Both the position numbers and the translations under genes were made by a program. A stretch of 63,703 nucleotides of DNA, counting the filler, from Diploschistes diacapsis (taxonomy: Eukaryota), in the NCBI GenBank assembly GCA_023645945.1. It is 6 parts of 6 records of this genome, joined end to end, with 100 filler letters (N's around TTAATTAATTAA, not from the genome) between each part and the next. Parts side by side here need not be neighbours in the genome. Positions count along the whole stretch, not along the records: positions 56,985 to 63,703 come from JALAIB010001356.1; 5 more parts are not named here. One strand, written 5' to 3'. The notes below the pieces were generated by a model. The model was not told the DNA's origin and searched no databases. It saw only the letters and a list, made by a program, of their open reading frames with translations. Below, in pieces: positions 62,291 through 63,703 of this stretch; position 1 is the first letter of the stretch; each line of letters opens with the position of its first letter.

Positions 62291-63342
62291 ATGTCCGGAA
62301 GCTCCTCAGAAGTAGAGGTCGATGGCCCTGGTCCTCCATCGCCTTCGCCGACTTATCAAGCAAGACCGTGACCAGCCTCGACCTAGATGACGTGATGACC
62401 CCCGAGAAGCATATGCACATTCCGAGCGATGCCCACGAGACGGCAGCTGCCATGGAAATGGCGAAGCCCCACCTTGGCCTTTCGAGCTCCGGCACCAGCA
62501 CGCCTCTTAGTCCATCTGACACGCAAATCACCGATCAGTATCTATGGCGTTCTTCTCCGTGGAGGCGATCCTATCCCTCGAAGCTATCGAAGCTATGCGG
62601 GTGCTCAACGGCCAAAACGAGTACGGGATCAAGATACCGTATATCTTCGTCACGAATGGCGGAGGGAAGACAGAACAAGAGAGATGCCTCTGATTATCAG
62701 AGCAACTAGAGCTTGAGATTGGCCCTGGGCGCGAGATGGCTGAAAAGTACAAGACGGTGCTTGTCGTAGGAAGCGAGGGCGATAAATGCAGGCATGTCGC
62801 CGAAGGGTACGGCTTCAAGGACGTCGTCACACTTGGAGACATCATCAAGGACAACAGCCATACTACACCCTTTCGAAAACTGACTGACGAACAACTCTCG
62901 CATTCTCGGCGTTCGAGGTTTCGGCGAGACTGAGATCAACGCAATCTTCATTTTCGCAGATAGCAGGGACTGGGCTACCGACCAACAAATTATTCTTGAT
63001 CTCCTTTGTTTCTAAGAAAGGTCGACTCGGTACCAGGTCGAAAAACTTCGATGAAGCTCCACCCATTTACTTCAGCCATAACGCTATCGTCTGGTCAGCG
63101 CAGGCGAGTATACGCGCTTGGTTATGGACGCTCTACGCTCTTCGATTGAGCACATACATGTACAAGCTTCTCACCAGGAAGGAGCTCTACACGATAGCCT
63201 TTGGTAAGCCTCAAATTGGTACTTTCCAATTTGCTACGCGTCTACTCTGGCAATGGCGCAATGAAACGCAAACATCCTCGAAGCCGTGAAGCATGGCATG
63301 CACGTGGAGTTCAACAAAGCTGTAACGGCAAATAGCAAGTAG
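62291..63342 (+). pseudogene. Pseudogene of a HAD-IIA (CECR5/HDHD5-like) hydrolase
   Basis: Fragments GVLLRGGDPIP, EAMRVLNGQNEYGIKIPYIFVTNGGGKTEQERC, VAEGYGFKDVV, AIFIFADSRDWATDQQ, PPIYFSHN and FGKPQIGTFQFA fall in different frames. In-frame TGA at 62691; the DxD motif is missing. Confidence 0.85.
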
Positions 63343-63485
63343 GCTGCAGTTGTCAAAGGCCTTGGTACGGATATCTCAAATGTGGATGCCATTGGAGGAT
63401 GATCGATCAGTCCCTACTAAACCATGCGGGCGGTTCAACCAGAGGCGGGCCGCCACGAAGTCGACATGCACCGATTCGAAGAACA

Positions 63486-63703
63486 GGTATGTGCTATTCT
63501 GCCTACTGTAAAATTGTATAACATATTTGGTGGCGCCCTAGTGATGTATTCTGTCTAGCTCGCTGTGGCTCTGCCAGGTATTTAGATCTCTATATAATTT
63601 ATATATAAATGTATGTCATTTATAGAAATACGTAGAACTATATAAAATTAAATATAAAAGAAGTATAATTTCATTATTATCGTGTTTATAATAACTTATA
63701 AAG
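63486..63703 (+). mobile_element. Terminus of the AT-rich dispersed repeat / transposon relic (copy B), running off window
   Basis: Begins GGTATGTGCTATTCTGCCTACTG; matches copy A; becomes very AT/TpA-rich towards the end. Confidence 0.75.

Noticed and set aside
50154..63703. Copies A and B as the two TIRs of a single element joining the two contigs
   Set aside because: Orientation would permit it, but the flanks (CGAAGAACA versus CCATTAGTT) show no target-site duplication; left unsupported.

Overview
Eukaryotic DNA from a filamentous ascomycete (Pezizomycotina-type: short GT-AG introns with CTRAC branch points, fungal housekeeping genes). It is not one continuous locus. Five identical 100-nt spacers (N44-TTAATTAATTAA-N44) join six contigs, and the last five are in descending size order (6760, 6758, 6754, 6731, 6719 bp), so linkage across gaps is meaningless. 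Genes recognised: PET8/SAM5, a TilS-like PP-loop protein, a PacC-like zinc-finger paralogue, TMA46, an NmrA-like reductase, OST4, a large AT-hook/C2H2 protein, RPL26, GPI/secreted proteins, an arrestin, an SDR, a zinc-finger APH kinase, VTC4, HBS1/SKI7, a P450, STE50, a Sus1-like protein, LAA1, a group II G-alpha and a HAD-hydrolase pseudogene. The most notable observations are: (1) the HBS1 gene has two in-frame 3' splice sites 630 nt apart, predicting both Ski7-like and Hbs1 proteins; (2) a PacC paralogue stops right after finger 3 and carries a duplicated finger 1; (3) repeated GC-rich islands switch from C-rich to G-rich regardless of gene orientation; (4) two copies of a repeat terminus show a RIP-like pattern. 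All assignments come from reading motifs by eye; no searches were run.
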